Part shown: positions 1 to 9,876 of the stretch, in pieces
Position numbering within the stretch: position 1 is the stretch's first letter
How the letters are laid out: each line of letters starts with the position of its first letter
Source of the DNA: an uncultured Gammaproteobacteria bacterium
GTDB lineage: Bacteria; Patescibacteriota; Patescibacteriia; Patescibacteriales; UBA12465
Direction of reading: 5' to 3'
NCBI GenBank assembly: GCA_964483295.1
Contig: CAZAAD010000003.1
Location: 15,417-79,416 of the forward strand
Length of the DNA stretch: 64,000 bases
Position numbers and translations under genes: made by a program
Notes under the pieces: model-generated
Told to the model about the DNA's origin: nothing
What the model saw: the letters and a program-made list of their open reading frames with translations, nothing else
Databases searched by the model: none

Positions 1-339
1 AATATCCAAGACCTCATAGCGATTGAATCCACTAAACAATATAACGGACGTTACTTTGTGCTCGGCGGGCTAATAGATACAATCAACAGCGTTGGCCCAG
101 AAAATTTAAACACCGCCAAATTAGCCAAGCTTATTCAAGGCGGACAAATCAAAGAATTAATTCTCGCCTTAAATTTTACGATTGAAGGAGAGACGACTGC
201 GCTATATCTCAATAAAACATTTAAAGAAAAAATAAAAATAACCCGCTTAGCCAAGGGCTTGCCGGCCGGATCAGATTTAGAATATGCCGACCAGACAACT
301 CTATCTAGCGCTTTAACAAACAGAGGAGAAATAAATTAA
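1..339 (+). CDS. recR: Recombination protein RecR, C-terminal part (5' end lies outside the window)
   Basis: Frame +1 is open from base 1. The translation (YNGRYFVLGGLI...TIEGETTALYL...GLPAGSDLEYADQTTL) matches the RecR Toprim and C-terminal region. Confidence 0.85.
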   Translation, partial: NIQDLIAIESTKQYNGRYFVLGGLIDTINSVGPENLNTAKLAKLIQGGQIKELILALNFTIEGETTALYLNKTFKEKIKITRLAKGLPAGSDLEYADQTTLSSALTNRGEIN

Positions 340-364
340 CCATTAATTAAAAGGAGGAAGGAAA

Positions 365-550
365 ATGCTTACCGCTTTCATTGTTTTACTGATTGTTTGT
401 TCCCTGCTCTTCCTCGCCTTAGTCATCGGTTCGATGTACGTAATTGGACTTTTCAAACCCAAGATTGCCAGACGAGTCGAATTAATCTTATTACCATTGC
501 TAACCTCAGACCTAGCCACAGAAATGCGCGCCGCGTCCCCAAACAGTTAG
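365..550 (+). CDS. Small single-pass membrane protein, unknown function
   Basis: 61-aa ORF 4 nt downstream of a strong SD (AAGGAGGAAGG, 351-361). It has one hydrophobic helix and no family I recognise. Confidence 0.45.
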   Translation: MLTAFIVLLIVCSLLFLALVIGSMYVIGLFKPKIARRVELILLPLLTSDLATEMRAASPNS

Positions 551-640
551 CTAAATTAGCTAAAATCCTAATTTTTAAAAGAAGGCTATTCGCTAATAAG
601 ATAAGAGCTCGTCGCCTGAGAAAGAAAGTGACCGAACAAA

Positions 641-670
641 AAACCCGCCCCTATTAACAGGTGCGGGTTT
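641..670. terminator. Bidirectional intrinsic terminator between the small ORF and rplU
   Basis: Stem ACCCGC (643-648) pairs with GCGGGT (663-668), flanked by an A-run and a T-run. Confidence 0.6.
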
Positions 671-702
671 TAAATTTTTAAAAGTTGTGAACTAAATGAT
701 GC

Positions 703-1011
703 TTAGGCAATACTCTTAATCTTTAAAGCGGTAAAAGGTTGGCGATGTCCCAAAGTTCTCTTGTAACGAGTTTTATTCTTATACTTTACAACAGTAATTT
801 TATCATGCTTACCGTTTTCTAGTACTTCAGCTTCAACTCTATCGCCTAAAGAAGGCTGACCGATTTCAACCTGAGCCCCATCGGCAACAAAAAGAGTGTC
901 GAACTTAAGAGTTGATCCTTGCTCGGCTTCTAATTTCTCTACCTTAATAGTTTCACCTTCTGCGACTTTATACTGTTTGCCGCCAGTTTTGATTACTGCA
1001 ATTTTTGACAT
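703..1011 (-). CDS. rplU: 50S ribosomal protein L21
   Basis: 102 aa. The start MSKIAVIKTGGKQYKV and the stretch KITVVKYKNKTRYKRTLGHRQ are typical of L21. Confidence 0.95.
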   Translation of the reverse strand: MSKIAVIKTGGKQYKVAEGETIKVEKLEAEQGSTLKFDTLFVADGAQVEIGQPSLGDRVEAEVLENGKHDKITVVKYKNKTRYKRTLGHRQPFTALKIKSIA

Positions 1012-1187
1012 ATTCCTTGGAAATTTTATAATAAAAAATCAGAGGTATTTCTGAACAAGTAATATAATATACAAATATTTGAAAAATGTCAACAAATGAT
1101 TTATAGTGTGGTTAGCGACTATCCTTTATTAGTGTATTATCCAAGAAACCGCGCTAACAATAAATTATCTTAAATTTGTCAATATCT

Positions 1188-2453
1188 ATGCCTAAATTCA
1201 TTATTCAGGGAGGAAAACCACTTTCTGGCCAGATTACAGTCAGTGGCGCTAAGAATTCTGCCCTTAAAATCATCCCTGCTTCACTGTTATCCCAAGAAAC
1301 AATCCAAATTACAAATTTGCCAAATATTGAGGACGTTGACCGGTCTCTCGAGGTTTTGGCTGATTTAGGCGCAAAAATAGAAAGAACAGCTAATAGTGTT
1401 TCCATAAACACAGCTGGTATTGTTAAAACTGAATTAAGTCGCGTGATGGCTGATAAGTTCCGAGGCTCAATTATGTTTGTTGGTCCATTACTTGCTAGAT
1501 TTAAAAAGGTTAGTTTCCCTCATCCTGGAGGCTGTGTTATCGGTGCTGCCGGACGACCGATTGATTTATTTTTGGAAGGCTATAAAGCTTTTGGCGCCGA
1601 AATTGAAGAAGACCATGGTCACGCTTATAAAATAACGGCCAAGGAGCTAAAAGCAACTGAATACTTTTTCCCTTTAATCAGTGTTACGGCCACCGAAAGC
1701 ATGATGATGACCGCGGCGATTATTCCCGGCACAACAACCTTACGTAACTGCGCCATGGAACCAGAAATTGAAGCGCTAGCAGATTATTTAAATAGCCAAG
1801 GTGCAGATATTAAAGGGGCGGGCACGCCAACCATGGTAATAAACGGCCAAGAATCTCTTAAGGCTGGGACTTTTCAAGTTATTCCTGACCGCATAGAGAC
1901 CGGTTCGTTTGCTATTTTAGCAGCCGCCGCTAAAGCTGACTTAGAAATAACTAACTGCAATCCAGACCACATCATGACTCTGTTAAAAATCTTTGAAGCG
2001 ATTGGCATTAAATTTACTAAAGGAAAAGATTGGCTAAAAATCATGGCCAAAAATCAAACATTTAAACCGCGCGATATAAAAACCCATGAATATCCAGGAT
2101 TTGCTACCGATTTGCAATCTCCTTACGTCGTTCTTATGACCCAAGCTACAGGCACCTCGCTAATTCATGAAACAATTTATGACCGGCGTTTGCTTTGGAC
2201 CGATATGCTCTCCCAAATGGGCGCGAATATAACTATGTGCGATCCGCATCGCATTGTTGTTCAAGGGCCGACAAAATTATATGGTAAACGCCTAGTCAGC
2301 CCAGACTTGCGGGCTGGCATTGCCTTAGTTATTGCTGCCCTAATTGCTGAAGGAAAAACTGAAATCGATAACATTTATCAAATAGACCGTGGTTACGAAA
2401 ATCTCGACGAACGTCTCCGCCTCATTGGCGCCGATATTACGCGCGCCAACTAA
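1188..2453 (+). CDS. murA: UDP-N-acetylglucosamine 1-carboxyvinyltransferase
   Basis: FIIQGGKPLSGQITVSGAKNSALKI, with the active-site Cys in HPGGCVIGAAGRPIDL. The ORF track starts at TTG 1176; the ATG at 1188 is preferred. Confidence 0.93.
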   Translation: MPKFIIQGGKPLSGQITVSGAKNSALKIIPASLLSQETIQITNLPNIEDVDRSLEVLADLGAKIERTANSVSINTAGIVKTELSRVMADKFRGSIMFVGPLLARFKKVSFPHPGGCVIGAAGRPIDLFLEGYKAFGAEIEEDHGHAYKITAKELKATEYFFPLISVTATESMMMTAAIIPGTTTLRNCAMEPEIEALADYLNSQGADIKGAGTPTMVINGQESLKAGTFQVIPDRIETGSFAILAAAAKADLEITNCNPDHIMTLLKIFEAIGIKFTKGKDWLKIMAKNQTFKPRDIKTHEYPGFATDLQSPYVVLMTQATGTSLIHETIYDRRLLWTDMLSQMGANITMCDPHRIVVQGPTKLYGKRLVSPDLRAGIALVIAALIAEGKTEIDNIYQIDRGYENLDERLRLIGADITRAN

Positions 2454-2462
2454 AATCTGATT

Positions 2463-3791
2463 ATGTCCAAAAAATTACGTGATTGGCTTTTTTTAGCCTT
2501 CATCTTTCTCTTTATTATCATGAGCGTTGTTACTAGCCTGTTTGCTTCCGGCTATCGTTTTAATTTAAGCTGGCCCCTAAAATTTGATCGCCTCCTGCAA
2601 AAGACTGGAACACTCGCCGTGGCCACCTCCCCGAAAGATGCTTACATATTTCTAGATAACCGCCCCCAGAAAAAGACCGCTTTTAGTTTAATGAAAAAGG
2701 ATTATATTTCCACGCCAGCAAAAATTAAAAATCTTTTGCCCGGAGAATATGTCCTACGTTTTGAAAAAGAAAACTACTGGCCACTAGAGCGACGCATTAA
2801 AATAGAATCTGGACAAACAACTTTTGCTGAAAATATTAATTTATTTCGCTCCGACCTACCCATTCTTATTCAGGCCTCCACTTCTACGACCATCAGCCTC
2901 AGCATGGATAAAAATTATTTATATCTACAGAACTCCGGAAAAGTTATTGACTTAAAAAGCGGACTAGAATCACCCCTATCAGCGACTTCCGGGGCCGCCG
3001 CTTATTGGTTGGGAAATGGGGGGCGCCTATTTACTAACGGTTTTATTATTGATTTAAACAAAGGAACTAGCCTAGATATTGCGACAGCAATCGGTTCCGA
3101 TATTTCTGACTGGCAATATAGCTCCTATGACGACCGAATTTATTATTCGCGGCCAGGATCAATCAGCCGTCTAGAAACAGACAATAAAACCAGTAAAATC
3201 ATCGTTCAAGGAGAAAACTATCTTACTTACGAGCCAAGAAATGATAAAATATTTTTTGTTGTCACAAATAATAATAAAGTCTGGTTACGCGGGCAAACAA
3301 TTAGTAGCGGCGAAAAAGCGGGTGAATTAGAATTGCCAGCAGCTGGTAAATATCAATTCTGTTCGGGCAATGGAAAATATTTATGTCTTTACGATAATAG
3401 TAATACTACTCTTTATTTAATTAATCCCAGCGACTGGCAAGATGCGGCAGTTATTAAAAATGCTAAAAACTGGTCCTGGATTAACGATAGCGAATTGATT
3501 TACAATGATGACTGGGAAATTAGCATCTTCAAATTAAATAACAAAAACTCAAGCCTGCTTACTCGCTTTGGCGAACCAATCTCAGAGGTAATCTGGCATA
3601 AAAATGGTGACTACTTTATTTTCTCCACCGATAAAAGTATCCACATCGGAGATCCGAAAAATTTTGAAACAATTACTATTTTCAAAACGGAAAAAGTCGG
3701 GACAATGGCACTGGATGAAAAAAATAATCTCTTATACTTCTACGCTAAAATCGGTCAACAAGAGGGTATTCATAAATTGCAGCTACAATAA
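2463..3791 (+). CDS. Membrane-anchored PEGA-domain protein with a beta-propeller-like C-terminal region
   Basis: N-terminal TM helix, then a PEGA-like segment (LPGEYVLRFEKENYWPLERRIKIESGQTT). The remainder is repetitive and beta-rich. Confidence 0.5.
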   Translation: MSKKLRDWLFLAFIFLFIIMSVVTSLFASGYRFNLSWPLKFDRLLQKTGTLAVATSPKDAYIFLDNRPQKKTAFSLMKKDYISTPAKIKNLLPGEYVLRFEKENYWPLERRIKIESGQTTFAENINLFRSDLPILIQASTSTTISLSMDKNYLYLQNSGKVIDLKSGLESPLSATSGAAAYWLGNGGRLFTNGFIIDLNKGTSLDIATAIGSDISDWQYSSYDDRIYYSRPGSISRLETDNKTSKIIVQGENYLTYEPRNDKIFFVVTNNNKVWLRGQTISSGEKAGELELPAAGKYQFCSGNGKYLCLYDNSNTTLYLINPSDWQDAAVIKNAKNWSWINDSELIYNDDWEISIFKLNNKNSSLLTRFGEPISEVIWHKNGDYFIFSTDKSIHIGDPKNFETITIFKTEKVGTMALDEKNNLLYFYAKIGQQEGIHKLQLQ

Positions 3792-3813
3792 CACATTTCT
3801 TATTGTTACTTAT

Positions 3814-3854
3814 CAAAAAAAGACCCGATCAATAAAGAAGCGGGTCTTTTTTTT
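3814..3854. terminator. Bidirectional intrinsic terminator
   Basis: A7, then AGACCCG (3821-3827), loop, CGGGTCT (3841-3847), then T8, between convergent genes. Confidence 0.8.
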
Positions 3855-3870
3855 GATAGTAAAAAATTAT

Positions 3871-4746
3871 CTACTTTTCATTTAGTTCGTTAATCAGACT
3901 CTGTAATTTATCTTGAACTTCAACATTTTTAAGGCCAAGCTTAAGGGTGGCTTTTATTAAACCAAACTTATCACCAGTATCAAGCCATTCTCCCTCTATT
4001 TTTTTGCCATATATCTTCTGGCCTTGATCAAGCATTAAATCAAAAGCATCAGCTAGGCGAATCTCGCCAGACTTACCGGAATTCATGCCTTTTAAAATTT
4101 TCATGACATCCGGAGTAATAATATAAAGACCAACAGCCACTAAGTTAGAAGGCGCTTCCTCTGTTTTTGGCTTTTCGACAAATTTTTTAATTTCATAATT
4201 TCCCCCTCCCAAATCCTCACCATCAATCACTCCGAATTTACTCACATCCTTATGATCAACTTCGGAAAGACCAACAACTGTCTGGCCGTATTTATTATAA
4301 GTTTTGATTAACTGTGTTACTGGGGAAATATCAGAATCATATAAGGTATCACCGAACATAATTAATGTTGGCTCATCTTCTGCGACCAGATGGGCAGCAC
4401 AATTGATTGCATGGCCATCTCCTAGAGGAATTGGCTGTCGGACATAAGAGAATTTAGCCAACCGCTCTATCTCTTGCACTTTTTTTACTAAGTCTAATTT
4501 ATTCTTTTCTACTAAAGTTTTTTCTAGTTCAAAAGAATAATCAAAGTGGTCCTCAATTGCCCGCTTACCGCGACCAGTAACAAAAATTACCTCCTCAATT
4601 CCCGCAGCCGAAGCTTGTTCTACTAAATACTGAATAACCGGCTTATCAACTACCGGGAGCATTTCTTTTGGCTGCGCTTTAGTGGCTGGCAAAAATCTAG
4701 TACCGAAACCGGCTACTGGCAAAATTGCTTTCTTAATCGTTTTCAT
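3871..4746 (-). CDS. galU: UTP--glucose-1-phosphate uridylyltransferase
   Basis: KAILPVAGFGTRFLPATKAQPKEMLPVVDKPVIQY is the canonical GalU N-terminus. Confidence 0.92.
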   Translation of the reverse strand: MKTIKKAILPVAGFGTRFLPATKAQPKEMLPVVDKPVIQYLVEQASAAGIEEVIFVTGRGKRAIEDHFDYSFELEKTLVEKNKLDLVKKVQEIERLAKFSYVRQPIPLGDGHAINCAAHLVAEDEPTLIMFGDTLYDSDISPVTQLIKTYNKYGQTVVGLSEVDHKDVSKFGVIDGEDLGGGNYEIKKFVEKPKTEEAPSNLVAVGLYIITPDVMKILKGMNSGKSGEIRLADAFDLMLDQGQKIYGKKIEGEWLDTGDKFGLIKATLKLGLKNVEVQDKLQSLINELNEK

Positions 4747-4750
4747 ATGA

Positions 4751-5575
4751 CTATTTCTTAACCTGAGGATTCAATCCCCATTTTATAAAATATTTAAACC
4801 AGGAAATTATATGTATCCAAGTAATTTTGTCGCGAAACAAAGCAATATACCAAGGATTCTTGGCACTCTCCCGGGCATGATCATGAATGACAACAGCCTG
4901 AGGATAATACATAACCTTATAACCAGCCGATTTAATAGAACGGCATAAATCTGTATCTTCAAAATACATAAAATAACGCTCGTCAAACCTTGGTTGCATT
5001 ATCTCTCCGGAGGCTAGTTGCAAATTGCGCTTGAACATTAAACACGACCCCATCACCCAATCAACCTCTCTAACCTCATCATGGCTGAAATCAGTCATCA
5101 TAAAATCATTTCTGATTTTTGCAAAATAATCTCCTAAAAAAGTGCGCCGTAGTATTGGTACAAAAAAACTAGGAAAACGAGAACAGGATAATTGCAATTT
5201 GCCATCAGGATATAATAACTTTGGCGCCACTAGACCAACCTCGTCATTCTCGTTTAAATATGAAAATATTTTTTTAATTGCATCTTCTTTAACTACTGTA
5301 TCCGGATTTAAAACTAAAATATTTTTACCGCTAGCTGATTTAATTCCCAAATTATTACCACCCCCCATGCCTAAATTACGAGCGCTAATAATAAGGTTGA
5401 TGTTTGACTGACGAGCAATTAATTCAGATAAATCATCCCCGGAATGATTTTCTACCACAATAATTTCATAACTCAAACCGTTTAAATCAGCCCTATTTAA
5501 AGAGTCTAAACAATTAGCTAGCTTGGTCTTACTTTTATAGTTAACAATAATGATTGATAAATCTAAATGGTCCAT
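4751..5575 (-). CDS. Family 2 glycosyltransferase
   Basis: LSIIIVNYKS...IIVVENHSGD...LNPDTVV are GT2 (GT-A, DxD-type) motifs. Confidence 0.85.
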   Translation of the reverse strand: MDHLDLSIIIVNYKSKTKLANCLDSLNRADLNGLSYEIIVVENHSGDDLSELIARQSNINLIISARNLGMGGGNNLGIKSASGKNILVLNPDTVVKEDAIKKIFSYLNENDEVGLVAPKLLYPDGKLQLSCSRFPSFFVPILRRTFLGDYFAKIRNDFMMTDFSHDEVREVDWVMGSCLMFKRNLQLASGEIMQPRFDERYFMYFEDTDLCRSIKSAGYKVMYYPQAVVIHDHARESAKNPWYIALFRDKITWIHIISWFKYFIKWGLNPQVKK

Positions 5576-5588
5576 AAAAACAGAATAA

Positions 5589-6656
5589 TTAATTGGTTAC
5601 TTTCTTAATCAGGCGCCAATAAAAACTAAGAATCGGATTGGCAACATAACGTAAAAGCGGATTATCTATTTCCGAAAACTCTAATTTCCCCGCCATATCA
5701 TCCATAATAATCCGAAAAGACTGGCGACGCAAATTTTTAATATCACGACGCGTCTTTACAATTAAGCGCCAAGAACTAGGCCGACAAAAATAAAATACCG
5801 AACGACACCAAGCAGAAAACCAGCCTTTAATTAAAGAGAACCCTAATAAACCTAGGCTCATGACTATAAACGCTGGCAACAACAAAAATATTACACTCAC
5901 GGGATAGAAACTAAAAGCTAACAGATAACGGTTGCGCTCCATGTAATAAAGCATGCGTACACTGCGAGAAAACTCATACTTATGAAAAATGACTGATAGG
6001 GGCGCGAGTACAATTTTATAGCCCGCTAAGCGTGCTTTTAAACTAAATTCAATATCATCATGATACATGTAATATTCTTCATTCCAACCACCAATTGCCT
6101 GATAAACTTCTCGACGGGTAATAAAAGAGCAACCACTCGCATAACCATTAATTTCTGGATAACCTTTAATATCATGGTCAGGTGTATTATAAGCAGAGGT
6201 GGTTCCAAAACCTAAAAAATGTAGAGAGTTACCAAGAGTATTTATTTTATCTTCGTGCTTCTCTGAATCATTCTTAGAAAATAACAAAATTTTTGATTGG
6301 GCAATTCCCACATCTTCATCATCTAAAACCCGCGCCAACTCTTCCAGCCAAGCAGGAGACATCTCTGTATCCATATTAACAGTAACTAGGTACTCGCAGC
6401 CGTCCTTGATGGCCGTCTGAAAACCGAGATTATTAGCGGCGCAGTAATTACCATCGTCGCGTTTTAATATTTTTGCTTCAGGGTAAGTTGACGCTAAATA
6501 ATTATAACTCTGCTCCGAAGAGGCGTTATCAACAATATAAACTTGAGTTAAGTCGGGAGGATAAGTCTGGAGGCGCAAAGAATCACGACAAGGCGCCAAA
6601 AAGCGCTCGGCGTAATCTTTATAATTAACTAAAATAATGCCAACTTTTTTTGCCAT
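5589..6656 (-). CDS. Family 2 glycosyltransferase with C-terminal membrane segment
   Basis: VGIILVNYKDY...YIVDNASS...VNMDTEM. The start is moved to Met26 (ATG at 6656) because the longer ORF overlaps the upstream gene's 3' end. Confidence 0.8.
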   Translation of the reverse strand: MAKKVGIILVNYKDYAERFLAPCRDSLRLQTYPPDLTQVYIVDNASSEQSYNYLASTYPEAKILKRDDGNYCAANNLGFQTAIKDGCEYLVTVNMDTEMSPAWLEELARVLDDEDVGIAQSKILLFSKNDSEKHEDKINTLGNSLHFLGFGTTSAYNTPDHDIKGYPEINGYASGCSFITRREVYQAIGGWNEEYYMYHDDIEFSLKARLAGYKIVLAPLSVIFHKYEFSRSVRMLYYMERNRYLLAFSFYPVSVIFLLLPAFIVMSLGLLGFSLIKGWFSAWCRSVFYFCRPSSWRLIVKTRRDIKNLRRQSFRIIMDDMAGKLEFSEIDNPLLRYVANPILSFYWRLIKKVTN

Positions 6657-6664
6657 ATCAATAA

Positions 6665-7498
6665 CTAAATAAATACTCCTAGCCAACGCCAAACATAGGT
6701 TAATATCTGCGCTTGCCACTTGGGCTCCCATTTACGAAAATAAACAAGCATAGAATCACGAAAATATTTCTGCTTACCTTGGCGCTTAACCTGCTTAAAG
6801 CTTTGACCAATATAATCTAAACAAGCCGCTCCTGGTTGATACCAAACCTCGCCACCTAATTTATAAACCTGACGACAAAAATCAACCTCCTCAAACCAAA
6901 TAAAATACTGCTCATCTAATAAAAGTGGCGCTCCCTGACTGATTTTCTGATAGGCTTCAGTGTTAATTAAGAAAAAAGCTCCACGGACCGAATCTACTTT
7001 AGCCGCTTTAGTATAATCGAAATTTGTATATAAATAATGGGAATTAATTTTGGGAAAAATATGGGGCAATTTTAAGATAATTGCTAGTTGATCTAAAAAT
7101 TTAGGAAAACGCCGTACATGCTTAATTAAATTTCCCTGTTCATTCTCTAAGCGGCAACTACTAACAACTGCTTGCGGATTAGCTTGCGCCCAAGCTAAAG
7201 ATTTCAACAAAGTATCAGGATAAACGCGCATGTCGGGATTTAATAATAAAACATAGCGGCCACACGCCAACTTTAAGGCTTGATTATTTGCTTTAGCAAA
7301 GCCAAGATTTTCTTGATTAACAATTAGCTTCACCTCGGGAAATTCACGCGCCACCATTTCAGCACTTCCATCTTGCGAAAAATTATCAATCACAAAAATC
7401 TCCCGCTGAAAATCTCCCTGAGATTCTAAGAGGGCCTTTAAATTAGCACGTAATTTTTCTTTGACGTTCCAAGAAACGATAATGATGCTTAAATCCAT
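6665..7498 (-). CDS. Family 2 glycosyltransferase
   Basis: LSIIIVSWNVKE...FVIDNFSQDGS...LLNPDMRV are GT2 motifs. Confidence 0.85.
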   Translation of the reverse strand: MDLSIIIVSWNVKEKLRANLKALLESQGDFQREIFVIDNFSQDGSAEMVAREFPEVKLIVNQENLGFAKANNQALKLACGRYVLLLNPDMRVYPDTLLKSLAWAQANPQAVVSSCRLENEQGNLIKHVRRFPKFLDQLAIILKLPHIFPKINSHYLYTNFDYTKAAKVDSVRGAFFLINTEAYQKISQGAPLLLDEQYFIWFEEVDFCRQVYKLGGEVWYQPGAACLDYIGQSFKQVKRQGKQKYFRDSMLVYFRKWEPKWQAQILTYVWRWLGVFI

Positions 7499-7761
7499 AA
7501 ACGCACAGTTTTATGACGATCCATTTGGCCACTAATAATTTCTATCTGATATTTCTTGATTTTACAGGTCTTGGCCAAAAATTTTATTAACTCTAAGTTA
7601 GCTTTTCCGTCCTCAGGCGGAGCCGAGATGGCTATTTTAAGCCAACCATCAGCCGTCTCCCCTTTGATAAGATTTTGACTGGCGCCGGGAAAAACCTTAA
7701 TTTTCAAAATTATTTCTTTATTATTAGCTAATTTTTCTAATAAATCCGGCAATTTTTCCAT
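7489..7761 (-). CDS. DUF167 (YggU-like) protein
   Basis: KIKVFPGASQN...ISAPPEDGKANLELIKFLAK is typical of DUF167. Confidence 0.75.
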   Translation of the reverse strand: MEKLPDLLEKLANNKEIILKIKVFPGASQNLIKGETADGWLKIAISAPPEDGKANLELIKFLAKTCKIKKYQIEIISGQMDRHKTVRLWI

Positions 7762-7945
7762 AAAATACTCATAAACTTACTGCCCAAAATAGGCCTTAAA
7801 ACCACATCCCTATTTTATTACCTTTTCCAGCTTTTTAAAAGGGCTGCAAGAGACATAAAAGGTCTTCTGTCAAGATTTATTTTATCGTAATAATATACTA
7901 AAATATAAGGACAAGTGAGTCTATTTTTTCATCTTATAAAACTAT

Positions 7946-8428
7946 ATGGAAACCGAAAAATACCAACGTCCTTCTTGGGACGAATATTTCATGAACATAG
8001 TAGAAATGGTAGCAAGTCGTGGTTCCTGCGACCGAGGGCGCACTGGCTGTGTTATTACTCGCGACAGACGCATTGTTTCCACTGGTTATGTTGGCTCGCC
8101 TGTTGGCACACCGCATTGCGATGATGTCGGACACGAAATGCACACCGTAACTCACGCTGATGGTTCTCAGACTAACCACTGCATTCGCACCGCTCACGCC
8201 GAACAGAACGCAATCTGTGAAGCAGCCCGCATGGGTATTGCCCTTGAGGGCGGAACTTTATACTGCAAAATGTCTCCCTGCTATACTTGTGCTAAAATGA
8301 TTATTAACGCCGGCATCAAACGCGTAGTTTGTGCCCAAGACTACCAAACTGGAGCCAGAAGCCGAGAAATTTTTAAAGAAGCCGGAATAGAGTACGTTCT
8401 CTTATCAAACGAGGTTACTAAATATTAA
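7946..8428 (+). CDS. Deoxycytidylate (dCMP) deaminase
   Basis: WDEYFM...HAEQNAI...PCYTCAKMIINAGIKRVV is the zinc-binding CMP/dCMP deaminase signature. Confidence 0.9.
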   Translation: METEKYQRPSWDEYFMNIVEMVASRGSCDRGRTGCVITRDRRIVSTGYVGSPVGTPHCDDVGHEMHTVTHADGSQTNHCIRTAHAEQNAICEAARMGIALEGGTLYCKMSPCYTCAKMIINAGIKRVVCAQDYQTGARSREIFKEAGIEYVLLSNEVTKY

Positions 8429-8441
8429 CTGCCGGCGATTG

Positions 8442-8469
8442 TTGACTTTTAATTCTGCTGCGCTAAGAT
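8442..8469 (+). promoter_or_regulatory. Putative sigma70-type promoter for thyA
   Basis: TTGACT (8442-8447), 16-nt spacer, TAAGAT (8464-8469). Confidence 0.35.
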
Positions 8470-8496
8470 GACGGCAGAACTTTAAAACAGAAAATT

Positions 8497-9312
8497 ATGA
8501 AAACTTATCTAGATTTACTGAGCGACGTTAGAGATAATGGCGAAGGCAAAGACGACCGTACTGGTACTGGCACCCGTAGCGTTTTTGGACGCCAAGTACG
8601 TTTTGATTTATCTCAGGGCTTCCCTTTGTTAACAACCAAAAAGGTCCATCTTAAATCAATTATCTACGAATTAATCTGGTTTCTCAGTGGTGACACCAAT
8701 ATTAAGTATCTTAATGATAACGGAGTCACTATCTGGGATGAATGGGCCGATGAAAATGGCGAGCTAGGCCCAGTTTACGGCAAACAGTGGCGCGCCTGGG
8801 AAGGAAAAAAGGGCGAGACAATCGATCAAATTGCTAATGCAATTCGTGATTTAAAAAACAACCCTAGTTCGCGCCGAATTATTGTGAGCGGCTGGAACGT
8901 AGCCGACTTACAAGGCTTAATCGGTGGCAAAAAAACTGCCCCGCCTCCCTGCCATACCTTATTTCAGTTTTACGTTTCTAAAAGTGGAAAATTATCCTGC
9001 CAGCTATACCAACGTAGCGCAGATATTTTCTTAGGCGTTCCTTTTAATATCGCGTCTTACGCCCTGCTAACCATGATGATGGCTCAGGTCTGCGATTTAG
9101 AGCTAGGTGAGTTTATTCATACTTTCGGTGACTTACATATTTATAATAACCACATCGAACAAGTTGAACTCCAGCTTTCCCGCGACCCACGCCCTCTGCC
9201 TAAAATGATTATTAATCCTGAAGTAAAAGATCTCTTTGCCTTTAAATTTGAGGACTTCCAACTTGAAGGCTACGATCCTCATCCAGGAATTAAAGCACCG
9301 ATTGCAATTTAG
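8497..9312 (+). CDS. thyA: Thymidylate synthase (ThyA type)
   Basis: [12 protein letters not shown]...[11 protein letters not shown]...[20 protein letters not shown]. Confidence 0.97.
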   Translation: MKTYLDLLSDVRDNGEGKDDRTGTGTRSVFGRQVRFDLSQGFPLLTTKKVHLKSIIYELIWFLSGDTNIKYLNDNGVTIWDEWADENGELGPVYGKQWRAWEGKKGETIDQIANAIRDLKNNPSSRRIIVSGWNVADLQGLIGGKKTAPPPCHTLFQFYVSKSGKLSCQLYQRSADIFLGVPFNIASYALLTMMMAQVCDLELGEFIHTFGDLHIYNNHIEQVELQLSRDPRPLPKMIINPEVKDLFAFKFEDFQLEGYDPHPGIKAPIAI

Positions 9313-9322
9313 ACAACTAAAT

Positions 9323-9348
9323 AGGCCGTCCTTAAAACGGCCTTTTTA
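9323..9348 (+). terminator. Hairpin with T-run after thyA (terminator or attenuator inside the thymidylate cluster)
   Basis: AGGCCGT (9323-9329) pairs with ACGGCCT (9337-9343), followed by TTTTT. Confidence 0.55.
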
Positions 9349-9356
9349 ATAAAAAT

Positions 9357-9866
9357 ATGATACCAGTAACTCTCATGATGGCGATAACAGTTGACGGTAA
9401 AATTGCTAAGGACAGCACGCAATTTGCCGACTGGACTAGTCGTGAAGATAAAAAACTATTTGTCGAAATCTCAAAAGCTCATGGGGTTATTATGATGGGC
9501 GAAAATACCTTTAAAACTTTTCCTGCCCCACTCAAAGAACGCTTAAACGTTGTTTTCTCTGAACAAGAAAATCCAACAGAAATTCCAGGAGTTCTCTGGG
9601 TAAAAGGAAAACCGGAAGATACTCTGCTTGAGCTAGAAAAGCGTGGATACAAATCCGCCCTTTTGGGTGGCGGCGCTTTTTTAAATTATTTATTTTTAGA
9701 GCACCAATTAATTTCCGAAATAATCTTAACCGTTGAACCAAAAATATTCGGAAGTGGTCTATCTCTTTTTAATCGCGACCTAGACGCTGATCTAGAATTA
9801 CTAGAATATAGACCACTAAACAACAATACTTTAATGTTAAGATATAAAGTTATCTATCGGTCATAA
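9357..9866 (+). CDS. RibD C-terminal-domain family reductase (dihydrofolate reductase-like)
   Basis: MMAITVDGKIA...IMMGENTFKTF...LLGGGAFLNYLF resembles the RibD_C / DHFR-like fold. It sits directly after thyA. Confidence 0.65.
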   Translation: MIPVTLMMAITVDGKIAKDSTQFADWTSREDKKLFVEISKAHGVIMMGENTFKTFPAPLKERLNVVFSEQENPTEIPGVLWVKGKPEDTLLELEKRGYKSALLGGGAFLNYLFLEHQLISEIILTVEPKIFGSGLSLFNRDLDADLELLEYRPLNNNTLMLRYKVIYRS

Positions 9867-9876
9867 TTTAATCATC

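Noticed and set aside
1012-1175. A ribosomal-protein leader or other structured RNA in the rplU-murA divergent spacer, and tRNA or small RNA genes in other spacers over 80 nt (7762-7945, 29112-29251, 45609-45740, 62476-62566)
   Set aside because: I could not fold a cloverleaf or recognise any known leader or riboswitch core by eye. These regions are AT-rich and consistent with divergent promoters. A covariance-model scan (Infernal/Rfam, tRNAscan-SE) would be needed to exclude them formally.
6657-6731. 25-codon N-terminal extension of the second GT2 gene given in the ORF track
   Set aside because: The extension overlaps the 3' end of the upstream GT2 gene by 67 nt, and the GT2 fold begins right after Met26 (MAKKVGIILVNYKDY). 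The ATG at 6656 gives a normal 8-nt intergenic gap.
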